From Ignavibacteriales bacterium (lineage in GTDB: Bacteria > Bacteroidota > Ignavibacteria > UBA10030): 64,000 bases of DNA. Numbering within the stretch: the first letter of the stretch is position 1; each line of letters opens with the position of its first letter. The translations under genes were made by a program, and so were the position numbers. Positions 38,632-48,765 of this stretch are shown piece after piece. The notes beneath the pieces were generated by a model. The model ran no database searches and had not been told where the DNA came from. It saw only the letters and a list, made by a program, of their open reading frames with translations. The stretch spans positions 58,523-122,522 of the forward strand of contig JACPUH010000021.1 of assembly GCA_016192345.1 (NCBI GenBank). The letters run 5' to 3'.

Positions 38632-39828
38632 ATGCAACGCGAAAAAATCGTCGTCATCTTCACCGTCTTCGTGGACATCATCGGGTTCGGCATTGTCATT
38701 CCGATCCTCCCGTTTTATGTCGGATCGTTCGGCGCGTCGCCTTTCACCATCACCCTTCTCTTTTCCGCGTTCGCGTTCTTCGCATTCCTCAGCAGCCCTT
38801 TCCTCGGCGCCCTTTCCGATAAGGTCGGACGCCGACCGGTGTTGATCGGAAGTATTTTCAGCACGGCCATCGGCTGGGTGGTGTTCGCCAGTGCAACCAG
38901 CATCCCCATGTTGTTTCTTGGAAGAATTATCGATGGCGCGGCCGCAGGTAATTTCGTCGTCGCACAGAGCTGTATCGTCGACATTGCCAAGGACGAAAAG
39001 GAGCGTTCGGCCAATATCGGACTCATTGGCGCGACGTTCGGTGTGGGATTTATGGTGGGACCGATGCTCGGCGGGGTTCTCAGCACGGTGTCTCATGCCT
39101 TCCCTTTTTGGGTCGCCGGAGGTCTTGCGCTCACCAATACCGTGCTCGCGTATTTCTTTCTTCCGGAAACACATCAGCGCCGGGACCCGAACGCCATCAT
39201 CTCGTTTAATCCTCTTGGGCCTCTCGCCCGGGCCGCGATGAACATCAAACTCCGTCCCCTCTTTCTGACCTGGATCCTTTTCGCCCTTGCGTTCATGGCG
39301 TCGCAGTCCATCTTCGCGCTCTACGCTCAGCATGCGTTCGGGTTCGATTCTTTCATGACGGGAGTCTTCTTTTCCCTCATCGGTGTCGTGACAGCTTTGA
39401 ATCAAACCGTCCTGCTGAACCGGGTCTGGCTCAAATACTTCAACGATGCGCAGCTTGAACTGTTCATGATCATCGTCCTGCTCGTCTCTTTTATCGCTCT
39501 CGGAACCCGTTCACTGGTGCTCTTTTACGTCGGGTTCCCTCTTCTTGCCACCGGCCAGGCGGTGTTACGCGTCGTCATTACAAGTCAGGTGGCGGGGAAG
39601 GCCGACCCACACATGAAAGGCGAGGCGCTGGGGATCCTGACCTCTTTAATGGCTGCAGCCATGGTGGTGGCGCCGCTCCTTTCCGGGGCCCTTTTCGAAG
39701 TGTTCGATGCACTTCCGTTCATGATGAGCGCTCTCCTCATGGGGGCGGCGTTCTGGATTGCCCTCAGCTTTCGGCGGCGGGGGTCGCTTGCCCACCGTAC
39801 GACGGCTTCGGAACACCTGGAAACATAA
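38632..39828 (+). CDS. MFS transporter (drug:H+ antiporter-like)
   Basis: 398 aa, 12 predicted TMs. The motif ALSDKVGRRPVLIGSIF is the MFS loop 2-3 signature. Confidence 0.85.
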   Translation: MQREKIVVIFTVFVDIIGFGIVIPILPFYVGSFGASPFTITLLFSAFAFFAFLSSPFLGALSDKVGRRPVLIGSIFSTAIGWVVFASATSIPMLFLGRIIDGAAAGNFVVAQSCIVDIAKDEKERSANIGLIGATFGVGFMVGPMLGGVLSTVSHAFPFWVAGGLALTNTVLAYFFLPETHQRRDPNAIISFNPLGPLARAAMNIKLRPLFLTWILFALAFMASQSIFALYAQHAFGFDSFMTGVFFSLIGVVTALNQTVLLNRVWLKYFNDAQLELFMIIVLLVSFIALGTRSLVLFYVGFPLLATGQAVLRVVITSQVAGKADPHMKGEALGILTSLMAAAMVVAPLLSGALFEVFDALPFMMSALLMGAAFWIALSFRRRGSLAHRTTASEHLET

Positions 39829-39863
39829 AAGCCCGGCCTTCTGGTGATAGGCCGGGCTTTTCG
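39828..39863. terminator. bidirectional rho-independent terminator between convergent MFS and TPR genes
   Basis: aaaGCCCGGCCttctggtgataGGCCGGGCtttt: an 8-bp GC stem with an 11-nt loop. A T-run follows on the plus strand and an A-run precedes it, which is a T-run on the minus strand. Confidence 0.7.
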
Positions 39864-39877
39864 TGAGGCAAGTCTCT

Positions 39878-40684
39878 TCAGTCTTTATCCCTGATCCGCT
39901 CCAGGAGTTCACCCGCCTCTTTCCTGAACAGCTCGTCATCTTCATCCATCGTCGGCAACGTGGAAATCCGCCTGAGATGCTCACGCGCTTTTTCGTACTC
40001 ATCCAGCTCCACGTACGCGCGGGCACAGTCGAGCCGGTACATGATAAAATTCGGCCGGAGAGCAATGGCCCTCTCATACTTTTCAACCGCGTCATCCAGG
40101 CTCGCCCAGCCCAATCCGAGCGGCCAGCGCACGATGCGCGGGCGTTCGCTCACCTTGGCGTGGGTCCGGCCCAGCACGTAATAAGCACTTCCGTTGGTGC
40201 CATCCAGCTCGATGGCGCGCTCGAGGTCCGCTTTGGCTTGTTTCACCAGGTCCAGTGATTCCCAGACTCCTTTGAACAAGGCAATACGGCCGTTCGCGAT
40301 GGCGCGTCGTACAAAGGCCATGGAACAGCGGGAATTCGCGGCAAGAGCTTTGTTGGCATATTCCAGCGCCTTCTCATACGTTGCAAGCTGGTCCTTTTTC
40401 TCCTCATCGGTAGCAACGGGAAGGTGCTCGCCGATATCGACATAGGTTCGACTAATGCGCCAGAGGATTTCGTCGTTGTTCGGTTCGAGGGTAAGAGCCG
40501 CGAGATAGCTTTGAAGGGCGTTTTGGTTCTTGAAGAGTCGTTCGGAAAAGTCGTTTCCCTGGTTGAGAAAGGACCTGACATTGGATGAGTCCCGCGGAGG
40601 CGTGAGGTCTGCAATCTGGGAAACAGCACGGGGGGAAAAAACAGCAAGAACGAGGAACAACAACAGCCGACTGATCGCTTTCAA
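39878..40684 (-). CDS. secreted TPR-repeat protein
   Basis: 268 aa with a signal peptide and several TPR-like helical repeats (YEKALEYANKALAANS..., AKADLERAIELDGTNGSAYYVLG, VEKYERAIALRPNF). Confidence 0.6.
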   Translation of the reverse strand: MKAISRLLLFLVLAVFSPRAVSQIADLTPPRDSSNVRSFLNQGNDFSERLFKNQNALQSYLAALTLEPNNDEILWRISRTYVDIGEHLPVATDEEKKDQLATYEKALEYANKALAANSRCSMAFVRRAIANGRIALFKGVWESLDLVKQAKADLERAIELDGTNGSAYYVLGRTHAKVSERPRIVRWPLGLGWASLDDAVEKYERAIALRPNFIMYRLDCARAYVELDEYEKAREHLRRISTLPTMDEDDELFRKEAGELLERIRDKD

Positions 40685-40753
40685 TGTGGGGCCCTCTCAC
40701 TTCGGGGAATTGAAAGACTACTCAGGCCGTTGCGGCAGAGCCGGGCGGCTGAA

Positions 40754-41338
40754 TCAGGAATTACGTGCTTCGAGCTTCTGGATCTCGTCCCGCAACTTGG
40801 CCGCTTTCTCGTATTCTTCCCTGGCAATTGCCTCCAGAAGCTGCTGCTGCAATTGCTCGAGCTTTGTGAGTTTCGGCTTTGGTTTATCTTTGTCTGCTTC
40901 GGGAGCTGTTCCGACAGTGGGAATTTTGTCGGACTCCTCGTTCTCGGGGACGAACGCCGCTTCATCCATCACCTTATCAGAGACGAAGATGGGAACGCCG
41001 AACCGGACAGCCAACGCGATGGCATCGCTTGGACGCGAATCAATTTCCTGAGTTTCGAGGCTCAGTTTTGCAAAAAACGTTCCGTCCCGTAACTCGTTGA
41101 TAAAAACATCATTGAGGATACCCCCCAGCGAGTCCAGCACATTTTTCAATAAGTCATGCGTGAGTGGGCGTGGCGGTTTAATTCCTTCCATTTCAAGGGC
41201 GATGGACTGGGCCTCAAATGCTCCAATGATAATCGGCAAGCGCCGGGCCCCGTTCACCTCTTTTAAAATCAACGCATAGGCTCCACCGCTTGACGGACTG
41301 GTGGACAACCCCAGAATATCTACCTGAATCCTCTCCAC
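40754..41338 (-). CDS. bifunctional nuclease (BFN/DUF151) with C-terminal UVR domain
   Basis: 194 aa. The N-terminal DUF151 fold runs DILGLSTSPSSGGAYALILKEV...RPLTHDL. The C-terminus LEQLQQQLLEAIAREEYEKAAKLRDEIQKLE is a UvrB/UvrC-type UVR helix pair. Confidence 0.7.
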   Translation of the reverse strand: MERIQVDILGLSTSPSSGGAYALILKEVNGARRLPIIIGAFEAQSIALEMEGIKPPRPLTHDLLKNVLDSLGGILNDVFINELRDGTFFAKLSLETQEIDSRPSDAIALAVRFGVPIFVSDKVMDEAAFVPENEESDKIPTVGTAPEADKDKPKPKLTKLEQLQQQLLEAIAREEYEKAAKLRDEIQKLEARNS

Positions 41339-41366
41339 AGAGTCTTCTCCTTACCTCGATACCACA

Positions 41367-42344
41367 TTATTGTTTTCCGAGCAACTTCTTCACTTCGGCG
41401 GACAACGCGGGAATAATTTCAAAGGCATCCGCCACAATACCGTAACTCGCCACCTGGAAGATGGGCGCATCCTTATCCCTGTTGACAGCCACAATATACT
41501 TCGAAGAGGACATTCCCGCAAGGTGTTGAATGGCCCCCGATACGGCGACCGCTATATAAAGAGAGGGGGAAACCGTTTTTCCCGTTTGTCCCACCTGTTC
41601 ATCATGCGGCCTCCATCCGGCATCGACGACCGCGCGGGAGGCACCGACAGCGCCCCCCAGCGTTGCAGCGAGTTCTTCGATCATGGCAAAATTTTCCGGA
41701 CCCTTAAGCCCACGCCCTCCTGTCACGATGATATCCGCCTCTGCCACGTCAAGTTTTGCGGACGATTGCTTCACCTCCTTGACGATGGAGCGGAAATCCT
41801 GTTCCGTCAGCGGGACCTCGACCACCTCGACCGGCGCAGTGCCTCCGCTGCTCGTTCCGGCGGTAAAGACATTGGGACGAAGGGAAAAAACCTTGACCGG
41901 TGATTTCACTCGTATCTCCGTTAACGCTTTGCCCGCATAGACTGGCCGCGTGGCAAGGATGTCTCCCTGGTCCACTGTGAGAGCAGTACAATCGGCAGCG
42001 AGGCCGGCATCCAGCTTGACCGCGATGCGTGGAGCAAGATCTTTTCCCATGGCCGTGGCGGGAAGCAGCACGACGTTCGCAGCTTGCGTCTTTGCGACCC
42101 CGGCAACGATCGTGGCATACGCCGTCGAGGAATAGAGTGCCAGGCGGGCATCTTCCACCACGACAACCTTGTGCGCACCGTAGCCCCCGAGTTCCGGAGC
42201 GATCGACCGGACACCGGAACCAACAACCACGGCGACCACCTCGCCTCCGGTTTGATCGGCCACCCTTCTGGCTGCCTTCACCACTTCAAACGCAGGCTTC
42301 TTGAATTTATTGTCACGCTGTTCTGCAAAAGCAATTATTTTCAT
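41367..42344 (-). CDS. etfA: electron transfer flavoprotein alpha subunit
   Basis: MKIIAFAEQRDNKFKKPAFEVVKAARRV... The C-terminal FAD-binding half has GISGAIQHLAGM-type motifs (AVSGAIQHLAGMSSSKYIVAVNRD). Confidence 0.9.
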   Translation of the reverse strand: MKIIAFAEQRDNKFKKPAFEVVKAARRVADQTGGEVVAVVVGSGVRSIAPELGGYGAHKVVVVEDARLALYSSTAYATIVAGVAKTQAANVVLLPATAMGKDLAPRIAVKLDAGLAADCTALTVDQGDILATRPVYAGKALTEIRVKSPVKVFSLRPNVFTAGTSSGGTAPVEVVEVPLTEQDFRSIVKEVKQSSAKLDVAEADIIVTGGRGLKGPENFAMIEELAATLGGAVGASRAVVDAGWRPHDEQVGQTGKTVSPSLYIAVAVSGAIQHLAGMSSSKYIVAVNRDKDAPIFQVASYGIVADAFEIIPALSAEVKKLLGKQ

Positions 42345-42501
42345 AATCGATCAGTTGTTTACCGACAGGATACTGAACAGTCTTGGTTTGACGTATCCAC
42401 TAAGAACACGAAGGGACACGAAAATATGAAACCTCATCTTAAAAAAAGTCTTAGTGGACTTTGTGTCCTTGGTGGATGATTTGCTTTACTGCGACGCCCG
42501 G

Positions 42502-43248
42502 CTAAATCACTTTGGCTTCTTCGTGCAGCAGACGGACGAGTTCCGGCACTGCGCCGACATCGGTACCGACAATTTTCCCGGCCTGCTTTGCCGGAGGTTT
42601 CACCATCGTGATCGTTTCCACCTTTGCCTCCATCGGAGCCGGTTGGCGTTCCTCAATCGGTTTGCCTTTCGCCGCCATAATCCCTTTGAGGGAGGGGTAC
42701 CGGGGTTCATAGGCCCCTTTTTGAATGGTAAAGACAGCGGGAAGCTGCACCTCCACCACCTCATGCCCCCCTTCAATTTCACGGTCCGCCTTTGCGGTCC
42801 CGCCGGTAATTTCCATCGATACCACAACAGCGGCAGAGGGGAGTCCAAGCATCTCCGCCACCATAATCCCGACGGCAGAATCGTCGTAATCGACTGATTG
42901 TTTGCCGAACAGGATCACGTCGGGTGCAAGCTCCCGAAGATAATCAGCCAAAGCCCGTGCCACACCGAAGGAATCACGCGTCGAATCGTCCTTGAGCAAA
43001 ACGGCCTTATCGACCCCCATGGCAAGTGCTTTACGGAGCGACTCCTTGTGCGCATCTCCGCCCCAGGAAAGAACGATAACTTCCCCGGACTGTTTTTCCT
43101 TGAACCGGAGGGCCGCTTCGACGGCGTATTCGTCGTACGGGCTGATAACATAATTCACCCCGGTTTTCTCGATACTTTTTCCATCCGGCCCGACATGGAC
43201 CTTCGTGGCGGTGTCAGGAACATGATTGATGCAAACGGCAAATTTCAT
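42502..43248 (-). CDS. etfB: electron transfer flavoprotein beta subunit
   Basis: MKFAVCINHVPDTATKVHVGPDGKSIEKTGVNYVISPYDEYAVEAALRFKE is a canonical EtfB N-terminus. Confidence 0.9.
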   Translation of the reverse strand: MKFAVCINHVPDTATKVHVGPDGKSIEKTGVNYVISPYDEYAVEAALRFKEKQSGEVIVLSWGGDAHKESLRKALAMGVDKAVLLKDDSTRDSFGVARALADYLRELAPDVILFGKQSVDYDDSAVGIMVAEMLGLPSAAVVVSMEITGGTAKADREIEGGHEVVEVQLPAVFTIQKGAYEPRYPSLKGIMAAKGKPIEERQPAPMEAKVETITMVKPPAKQAGKIVGTDVGAVPELVRLLHEEAKVI

Positions 43249-43377
43249 CGGACATCTCCAAAGGATGATCGCCGATACTATGGCGTGCTGTACACTCTTC
43301 GCTGGGGGCGCTGCATAGTATAAAAGATTTGATAAAGCGGCAAGAAAAAACTCGGGCGGAATGGCAGGAATAGGAAA

Positions 43378-43866
43378 CTATCCCCGGTATAAATGTCCCG
43401 TATGCACTTTCACGCCGAGCATCTTCAAACACATGAACAACTCCGCTTTATGCGTGACGTGATGTTCGGCGGCGAGCATGGCCACACGCCAGCGTGGTGT
43501 CCTCTTCCCAAATTGCGGCGCCTCAACCTCTCCATGATTGAATTCTTCCTCCGACAACGCTCCCACAAGTGATTTGAACAGCGCATACTGTTGGTGCAGG
43601 GTTTCAATGGCCTCCCCGGTTGTCGCGGAGGGAGCGCGGCGATTCATCAGGAACCGTTCACGCATCGAAGTGAAGCCCCACGTTCCGTCCGCAATGCCGT
43701 GGCCGTACACTTCCAGCGCACCCGCGATGTGCGCCATCTGTTGCCCGAGCGAAAAGGAGTTTTCCGTTGGCTTCCACTCGAGCTTGTCGGAAGGAACCAT
43801 GCGGAACAGGGATTCGGTGGGGGGAATCAAGTCGTCAAAGTACGTGAGGTAATCATGGATGGTCAT
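43378..43866 (-). CDS. DinB/YfiT-like (DinB_2) four-helix-bundle protein
   Basis: 162 aa with a His-rich motif set (AHIAGALEVYGH ... AAEHHVTHKAEL) typical of the DinB_2 metal-binding bundle. Confidence 0.6.
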   Translation of the reverse strand: MTIHDYLTYFDDLIPPTESLFRMVPSDKLEWKPTENSFSLGQQMAHIAGALEVYGHGIADGTWGFTSMRERFLMNRRAPSATTGEAIETLHQQYALFKSLVGALSEEEFNHGEVEAPQFGKRTPRWRVAMLAAEHHVTHKAELFMCLKMLGVKVHTGHLYRG

Positions 43867-44825
43867 GGCGTGGTCCTCTCAAGAATCTTCCTGAGGAGCA
43901 TGGGGTCCACATTGCCGCCGCTGACAATGGCACACACCCTCTTCCCCGACAAGCCGAGTACGTTATGGAGAACCGCTGCGGGGGCAACCGCACCGGTGGG
44001 CTCCGCGACAACCTTCATCCGTTGCAGCAGAAACTTCATGGTCTCGATGACCTGGTCATCGGTCACGGTCACGACATCATCGACATAGTTCATGATCAAC
44101 TCAAAATTCCGTTTGCCCACGGACTGCGTCCTCATCCCGTCGGCAATCGTGTCGGGAGGATCAATGCGCACGATCTCCTTCCTGCGAAAGGTCTGGTAGC
44201 AATCGTTGGCCGCCACCGTTTCCACCCCAATCACTTTCACTCCGGGGAAGAGATGTTTGGCGGCTACGGCATTCCCGCCGATCAACCCGCCGCCGCCAAT
44301 GGGGACAAAGAGATAGTCAAGTTTCTCCACTCCTTGAGCAATCTCTACGGTTACGGTTCCCTGGCCTGCAATAATCATGTCGTCGTCGTACGGGGGGACG
44401 GGGATATAGCCGTAGCGTTCCCGGAGCTCTCCTGCAAGGTGCTCGCGCGCATCGGAAGAGTCTTCACAGAACATGACCTCCGCGCCGTATCCCCTGGTGG
44501 CCTCCACTTTAATAGAGGGGGAGTTTTTGGGCATCACCACCGTTGCCTTGACCCCCAGTAATTTTGAGGCCAGGGCCACTCCCTGGGCATGGTTGCCGGA
44601 GGAATGCGCTACCACCCCTCTGCTGCGCTCTTCCGGTGACAGGGAGAAGATCTTATGATAGGCCCCCCGAATCTTGAATGCCCCAATGCGCTGCAGGTTC
44701 TCCGCCTTCAGCAGCACTTCATTCCCCGTGCGGGCATTAAGGGTCCGGGATGTCAGCAGCGGCGTCCGGTGTACCACCGGCATCACCACATGGTAGGCAC
44801 GATCGATATCCTGAAAAGTAATCAT
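43863..44825 (-). CDS. threonine/serine dehydratase (PLP-dependent, short form without ACT domains)
   Basis: KAENLQRIGAFKIRGAYHK holds the PLP-lysine motif. The glycine-rich phosphate loop is GGGGLIGG. Confidence 0.85.
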   Translation of the reverse strand: MITFQDIDRAYHVVMPVVHRTPLLTSRTLNARTGNEVLLKAENLQRIGAFKIRGAYHKIFSLSPEERSRGVVAHSSGNHAQGVALASKLLGVKATVVMPKNSPSIKVEATRGYGAEVMFCEDSSDAREHLAGELRERYGYIPVPPYDDDMIIAGQGTVTVEIAQGVEKLDYLFVPIGGGGLIGGNAVAAKHLFPGVKVIGVETVAANDCYQTFRRKEIVRIDPPDTIADGMRTQSVGKRNFELIMNYVDDVVTVTDDQVIETMKFLLQRMKVVAEPTGAVAPAAVLHNVLGLSGKRVCAIVSGGNVDPMLLRKILERTTP

Positions 44826-45091
44826 TGGCGGAAAAAGGTAGAGAAATTGGAGGTTTTTGACAAGGTAAAAAGATGCTGGGTGAACCTTTATTGAAAGGGG
44901 GTCACAGTCCTGTACGCCGGCTGGCCGGGGCCAGAGGACACAGAGATTATAGCGTTTTATAAGGCAGATTGCGGTATTCCGAAAAACGACTACGTTCTTC
45001 GGTGTGTTACGAGCAAGTAGTAAGTATCAAGCACGGTTTTTTCTCTGTGTCTCCGTGCAAAGTCACCCTGCAAAAATTTTTAAAATAATTC

Positions 45092-45120
45092 TTGCATCAA
45101 GGGCCGAATCTCTGTATACT
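45092..45120 (+). promoter_or_regulatory. sigma70-like promoter candidate upstream of the TrpR-like gene and his operon
   Basis: TTGCAT, then a 17-nt spacer, then TATACT. The -10 element ends 15 nt before the ATG at 45136. Confidence 0.4.
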
Positions 45121-45135
45121 TTACCCAAGTAAAGC

Positions 45136-45432
45136 ATGAAAACAGTCAAACAAAAAGAGATCGACGAGTTGTTTGCCGTTATTGTGCAGTTGGAATCGAT
45201 GGAGGATTGCCGGAAATTCCTGAGCGATCTGCTGACGGAGACGGAGATCCGGGAGTTTGCCGAGCGCTGGAAAGTCGCGCGCATGCTCTCCCGGGGGATA
45301 CCCTATACGCGGATCGAGAATGAAACAGGACTCAGTTCCCGCACCATCGCCCGTGTCCATAAATGGTTGAAATCGGGAAAGGGCGGTTACACGATGATGT
45401 TGAAACGGCTGAAGATGACCGAAACGCTTTGA
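45136..45432 (+). CDS. TrpR-like DNA-binding protein, YerC/YecD family
   Basis: 98 aa. The central Trp-repressor-like HTH is LSRGIPYTRIENETGLSSRTIARV. It lies immediately 5' of hisG. Confidence 0.7.
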   Translation: MKTVKQKEIDELFAVIVQLESMEDCRKFLSDLLTETEIREFAERWKVARMLSRGIPYTRIENETGLSSRTIARVHKWLKSGKGGYTMMLKRLKMTETL

Positions 45433-45471
45433 TATTTTTTTCTCCATTCACTTTATCTTAGTAAAGCAACC

Positions 45472-46347
45472 ATGATAGCCAACAACGGGCGACTCAAGAT
45501 CGCCATCCAGAAAAGCGGACGATTGACGGACGAATCGGTCAATCTCCTGCGGGCATGCGGACTGGAGTTCGAGTTCTCCAAGCAAGGTCTCTACTCTCCC
45601 TGCAAGAATTTTGACCTCGACCTCCTTTCGCTCCGCGACGACGACATCCCGGAATATGTTCAGGACGGCGTTGCCGACCTCGGTATCGTCGGCGAGAACA
45701 TCGTGCGCGAAAAACGCGCGCGCGTCGAAACCCTCGCTCAACTCGGCTACGGTTCGTGCCGATTGATGATCAGTGTTCCCCAACGCTCATCCATCCGGAC
45801 CATCCAAGGTCTCCGGGGCAAGCGCATCGCTACAACCTACCCCGTGATTCTTTCCCAGTTTCTGAGGACAAACCGGTTGAAAGCGGATATTGTGGAATTG
45901 AGTGGATCGGTCGAAATCGCCCCAACGCTGGATGTCGCCGACGCCATTTGCGACCTTCTCTCCACGGGAACCACAGCACGCATGAACGGCCTCCGACCCT
46001 TGCACACGGTGCTTGAATCCGAAGCGACGCTTATCACCAATAAAAAATCGTTACAGGAAAAACGAAAAAAGGATCTCATCGACCGGCTTCTGATCCGGGT
46101 TTCCGGAAGCCTGCAGGCGCGCGGCAAACGATACATGATGATGAACGCCCCGGCCTCCGCAGTACCAAGGCTGAAAACTATCATCCCCAGTCTCAAAAGC
46201 CCCACGGTTGTCCCGCTCGCTGAGGAGGGCATGGTCGCCCTCCACTCCGTAATCGCCGAAGACGTTTTCTGGGATGTGATGGAAAAATTGAAAAAGGCCG
46301 GTGCGAGCGACATCATCGTTGTCCCGATCGAAACGATCATCCAATGA
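45472..46347 (+). CDS. hisG: ATP phosphoribosyltransferase, long form
   Basis: LKIAIQKSGRLTDESVNLLRACGL is the N-terminus and the C-terminal regulatory domain is present. Confidence 0.9.
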   Translation: MIANNGRLKIAIQKSGRLTDESVNLLRACGLEFEFSKQGLYSPCKNFDLDLLSLRDDDIPEYVQDGVADLGIVGENIVREKRARVETLAQLGYGSCRLMISVPQRSSIRTIQGLRGKRIATTYPVILSQFLRTNRLKADIVELSGSVEIAPTLDVADAICDLLSTGTTARMNGLRPLHTVLESEATLITNKKSLQEKRKKDLIDRLLIRVSGSLQARGKRYMMMNAPASAVPRLKTIIPSLKSPTVVPLAEEGMVALHSVIAEDVFWDVMEKLKKAGASDIIVVPIETIIQ

Positions 46348-47636
46348 AGATCTTCAACGAAGAAAACATTACTCCCATCGAACGACGGGACCTCTGCCTC
46401 CGCCCCTCAGGCGGGTCGGACGATCCGCTGATTACCGTACAGGAGATTTGCCTTGCCGTCCGGCAACGGGGGGATGAGGCGCTCAGGGAATATGGCCGGC
46501 GTTTTGATTCAATTGCAGTCAAGTCGTTCAGAACGGCAGAGCAAGAATTCGAAGCGGCGAGAGCGATAGTGACGGAACCGGTGATGGAGGCCCTGAGAGT
46601 CGCTGCTCAAAATATCCGTACCTTTCACGGCGCACAGGAAGAGGTTGGTCGGCGTGTGGAAACCATGCCGGGCGTTACTTGCTGGAGGGAAAAGCGCCCG
46701 ATTGACACAGTGGGACTTTATGTTCCCGCCGGCTCGGCCCCACTCCCTTCAACAGTCCTGATGCTCGGCATCCCGGCTGTGCTTGCGGGGTGCAAGCGCA
46801 TCGTCCTCTGCTCGCCCCCCAAAGTAAACGGTTCCGTCGATCCGATGGTCCTTGCCGCTGCAGAAATGGTCGGCATTTCAGAGGTGTTCAAGGTGGGGGG
46901 CGCACAGGCAATCGCCGCACTTGCTTACGGAACCGAGTCGATTCCCAAGGTCGATAAGATCTTCGGCCCGGGGAACAAGTATGTCACGACCGCAAAGAGA
47001 CTCGTCTCCTCCGATCCCGAAGGAGCAACGATTGATCTCCTTGCCGGTCCCTCGGAGTTACTCATCGTTGCGGATAAAGAGGCGGACCCGGGCATAGTTG
47101 CTGCCGACCTTCTTTCCCAGGCCGAGCACGACCCCTCTTCACAGGTCGTTCTTGTGACAGATAGTTCACAACTTGCCGATCGCGTCGTGCCCGAGCTCCA
47201 GCGGCTGCTTCTTGATCTTCCCCGCAATGAAATCGTGCGGAGGGCCCTGGAGGAAAGTTACATTCTTATCACGTCCTCCCTTGAGGATGCCATTCGGTTC
47301 TCGAACGAGTATGCCCCTGAACACCTGATCGTGAATGCCCGGTCACCGGAGCGGTTCGTGCCCTTGATCCGGAATGCCGGCTCTGTCTTCCTTGGTCCCC
47401 ACGCGCCGGTGACGGCAGGCGACTATGCTTCCGGGACGAACCACACGTTGCCGACCGGGGGCACGGCAAAATGGTCCGGCGGCGTGTCGGTGGAAAGTTT
47501 TCAGAAAACGATGACTTTTCAAACTATCACCGAGGATGGACTCCGAAACCTTGCTCCGAGCCTCACAACGTTGGCGGAAGCTGAAGGGTTGGAGGGACAT
47601 AAGCGAGCCGTAACGATGCGGTTGAGAAACCCATGA
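46344..47636 (+). CDS. hisD: histidinol dehydrogenase
   Basis: 430 aa with HisD motifs ([34 protein letters not shown]). It overlaps hisG by 4 nt. Confidence 0.9.
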   Translation: MKIFNEENITPIERRDLCLRPSGGSDDPLITVQEICLAVRQRGDEALREYGRRFDSIAVKSFRTAEQEFEAARAIVTEPVMEALRVAAQNIRTFHGAQEEVGRRVETMPGVTCWREKRPIDTVGLYVPAGSAPLPSTVLMLGIPAVLAGCKRIVLCSPPKVNGSVDPMVLAAAEMVGISEVFKVGGAQAIAALAYGTESIPKVDKIFGPGNKYVTTAKRLVSSDPEGATIDLLAGPSELLIVADKEADPGIVAADLLSQAEHDPSSQVVLVTDSSQLADRVVPELQRLLLDLPRNEIVRRALEESYILITSSLEDAIRFSNEYAPEHLIVNARSPERFVPLIRNAGSVFLGPHAPVTAGDYASGTNHTLPTGGTAKWSGGVSVESFQKTMTFQTITEDGLRNLAPSLTTLAEAEGLEGHKRAVTMRLRNP

Positions 47637-47715
47637 GCAACGGGGCCACGGAGCATGGGCGCAACAGGGCATACCCTCGCCAGCACGCGGTGCACCGACT
47701 CTAGAGACAATACCT

Positions 47716-48765
47716 ATGACAATCGACAGCCTCGTACGACCCAACATCAAAGCGCTCAAGCCGTACCGCGCCGCGCGGCACGATCACGTTTCCGGCGTGT
47801 TGCTCGATGCAAATGAAAACTCGTTCGGGAGCGCTCTTTCGTTCGAAGGGCTTGAACTCAACCGATACCCGGATCCGTACCAGCTTGAACTGCGCAGCAA
47901 GCTCGGGCTCCTGTACGGAGTTCAATCGGAGAACGTCTTCCTGGGGGTCGGTTCCGACGAGGCGATCGACCTTCTTATCCGGATTTTCTGTGAGCCGGCA
48001 TCGGACTCCATCCTCGTGATCGAACCGACCTACGGCATGTACCGCGTCGCCGCGGGGATCAACAACGTGGCGGTGCGGTCGGTCCTGCTCACCGACGATT
48101 TCCAGATCGATCTTCCTGCAACCCTGAAGGCTCTCAAGCCCCGGACGAAGATCGTCTTCTGCTGCTCTCCGAACAACCCGACAGCGAACGTGCTTCGCCG
48201 GGAGGATATTCTTACGCTTTGCAATCAGGCCAACGCCCTTGTGGTCGTCGATGAAGCGTACCTTGACTTTGCCGACAGCCCGTCGCTTGCCGACCGGGTC
48301 GGTTCGGTTTCCAACCTCGTCGTACTGAGGACTCTTTCCAAGGCATGGGGTCTCGCGGGGATCCGTCTCGGCTGCGCGATAGCCGATCCGGATATTATCT
48401 CCCTCATGTTGAAGATCAAAGCGCCGTACAATATCAATGCCCTGACCAGCGCGGAAGCCTCAAAAGCATTGGAAAACAGGGCTCTTATCAAGCGCACCAC
48501 GGCGGCGATCGTCGCCGAGCGAGGACGGCTCTACGGGGCTTTGCGTACCATTCCATACATCCGGCAGGTTTACCCTTCCGACGCGAACTTCTTGCTCATT
48601 CGATGCGACGATGCATCGGTGGTATATTCCCGGCTTGCCCAAAAGGGGATCATCGTACGGGACCGGAGTTCCGAACCGAAGCTCGCAAACTGCCTCCGCA
48701 TCACCGTCGGAACGCCTGAACAGAACGATTTGCTGATCAAGGCCATGAAGGAGCTGACTCCATGA
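47716..48765 (+). CDS. hisC: histidinol-phosphate aminotransferase
   Basis: Class-II aminotransferase. The PLP lysine sits in LRTLSKAWGLAGIRLG. Confidence 0.9.
   Translation: MTIDSLVRPNIKALKPYRAARHDHVSGVLLDANENSFGSALSFEGLELNRYPDPYQLELRSKLGLLYGVQSENVFLGVGSDEAIDLLIRIFCEPASDSILVIEPTYGMYRVAAGINNVAVRSVLLTDDFQIDLPATLKALKPRTKIVFCCSPNNPTANVLRREDILTLCNQANALVVVDEAYLDFADSPSLADRVGSVSNLVVLRTLSKAWGLAGIRLGCAIADPDIISLMLKIKAPYNINALTSAEASKALENRALIKRTTAAIVAERGRLYGALRTIPYIRQVYPSDANFLLIRCDDASVVYSRLAQKGIIVRDRSSEPKLANCLRITVGTPEQNDLLIKAMKELTP

Noticed and set aside
38566-39405. 279-aa minus-strand ORF rich in R/E/D/G
   Set aside because: It is antisense to a clear 12-TM MFS transporter. The low-complexity charged sequence is not protein-like.
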